DNA of 64,000 nucleotides from an uncultured delta proteobacterium (GTDB lineage: Bacteria > Desulfobacterota > Binatia > UBA9968), in contig CAVUVW010000013.1 of assembly GCA_963745035.1 (NCBI GenBank), positions 960,001 to 1,024,000 of the forward strand. Direction: 5' to 3'. The position numbers and the translations under genes are program-made. Shown here in pieces: positions 62,779 to 64,000 of the stretch. The notes beneath the pieces were generated by a model. It had not been told where the DNA came from. It did no database searches and saw only the letters and a program-made list of their open reading frames with translations. The first letter of the stretch is position 1. Every line of letters begins with the position of its first letter.

Positions 62779-62889
62779 GATCGTCCCTTCGGCGGCGTTG
62801 CTCTCGCCGCGAAAAACTGCGTCGGCCAAAAAAAACGCCAGCGAGGTCTTTGCCAATCTCGCCAGCGCTTTGCGTCTGGTAAGCAGAGC

Positions 62890-62953
62890 TTCTAGTTCCT
62901 TGTTTCTGGTTTCCGGTTGCTCACTAGGAACGAGAAACTCGAACCAGAAACTC
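62890..62953. repeat. Heptamer-periodic imperfect inverted repeat
   Basis: TTCCTTG/TTTCTGG/TTTCCGG followed by AACGAGA/AACTCG/AACCAGA. Confidence 0.6.
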
Positions 62954-62960
62954 CCTGACA

Positions 62961-64000
62961 TCAATTCTGCAGAAGCTGCCGCAGCACATATTCCAAAATG
63001 CCGCCGTGCCGGTAGTAGTCGAGCTCCGCCGGCGTATCGATGCGGCAGGTGACCTTGAACTCGGTGACTTTGCCGTCGTCCGCCGTCGCTTTCACGGTCA
63101 GCTCCTGGCGCAGCTTGAGGCCGGGGCCGATGCCGAGAATGTCGAACTTCTCAAACCCGGTGAGATTGTGCGTCTTGAGATTTTCTCCCGGCTTGAAGAC
63201 CAGCGGCACGATCCCCATGCCGATCAGGTTGCTGCGATGAATACGCTCGAAGCTCTCGGCGATGGCGGCCTTGATGCCGAGCAGGCGCGGCCCTTTGGCC
63301 GCCCAGTCGCGCGAGGAGCCGGTGCCGTACTCTTTGCCGGCGATGACGATCAGCGGCGTGCCTTCTTTCTGATATTGCATCGCCGCGTCGTAGATCGACA
63401 TCTGCTTTTTGTCGGGCAGATGCACCGTGACGCCGCCTTCGGTACCGGGCGCGAGAATATTTTTCAAGCGAATGTTGGCGAACGTGCCGCGCATCATCAC
63501 TTCGTGATTGCCGCGCCGCGCGCCGTACTGGTTGTAGTCTTTGGGCAGCACGTCGTGATTGGTTAGATAGCGCGCCGCCGGGCCGTTTTTCTCGATGGCG
63601 CCCGCCGGCGAAATATGGTCCGTGGTGACCGAATCGCCGAGCAGGGCGAGAACGCGCGCGCCGGTAATCGGCTGCGGCTCGCCGGGCGTCTTGCCCATGC
63701 CGTCGAAATAGGGCGCTTCACGCACGTAGGTCGACTGCGGATCCCACTGGAACAGTTCGCCTTCGGGCACCGGCATGCTCTTCCACTGCTCGTCGCCCTC
63801 GGTCGCCTTGCTGTATTCTTTATGAAACATCTCCTGGCGCACCGACTTGCGCATGGTCTCGTTGACCTCCTGGGGCGACGGCCAGATGTCTTTTAAATAA
63901 ACCGGCTTGCCCTGGGAATCGTTGCCCAGCGGATCGTTGTAGAGATCGACGTTCATGCTGCCGGCGAGGGCGTAAGCGACCACCAGCGGCGGCGAGGCGA
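62961..64000 (-). CDS. acnA: Aconitate hydratase A (5' part outside the window)
   Basis: GDSVTTDHISPAG, RRGNHEVMMRGTFAN, YGTGSSRDWAAKG, SFERIHRSNL. Confidence 0.96.
   Translation of the reverse strand, partial: ASPPLVVAYALAGSMNVDLYNDPLGNDSQGKPVYLKDIWPSPQEVNETMRKSVRQEMFHKEYSKATEGDEQWKSMPVPEGELFQWDPQSTYVREAPYFDGMGKTPGEPQPITGARVLALLGDSVTTDHISPAGAIEKNGPAARYLTNHDVLPKDYNQYGARRGNHEVMMRGTFANIRLKNILAPGTEGGVTVHLPDKKQMSIYDAAMQYQKEGTPLIVIAGKEYGTGSSRDWAAKGPRLLGIKAAIAESFERIHRSNLIGMGIVPLVFKPGENLKTHNLTGFEKFDILGIGPGLKLRQELTVKATADDGKVTEFKVTCRIDTPAELDYYRHGGILEYVLRQLLQN

Overview
High-GC bacterial chromosome segment. Gene style suggests a deltaproteobacteria-like lineage such as Candidatus Binatia, which is an inference. 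Most of the window is housekeeping: ppk1 (partial), xseAB, a ctpA-like protease, envC, ftsXE, a B12 radical SAM enzyme, a TPP-enzyme cluster, hppA, tatC, rpsT, lptE-leuS-nusB-rib genes-nrdR-glyA-rpiB-acpP-fabG-fabD-plsX-rpmF, queG, ruvCAB, yebC, rlpA and acnA (partial). Two things stand out. (1) An NtrY-type sensor kinase is followed by one ORF fusing an intact NtrX-like receiver domain to an apparently active LpxC, suggesting direct phospho-control of the committed step of lipid A synthesis. (2) A ~10 kb element is integrated in tRNA-Leu(TAA), bounded by an exact 59-bp att duplication. It encodes TerS, a TerL with an internally permuted nuclease domain, a Bbp16-like cement protein and a rearranged scaffold-like protein. 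No major capsid, portal, tail or integrase gene is recognisable, so it may be a capsid-hijacking satellite or a decayed prophage. Many conserved genes carry single-base frameshifts, most likely sequencing or assembly indel errors.
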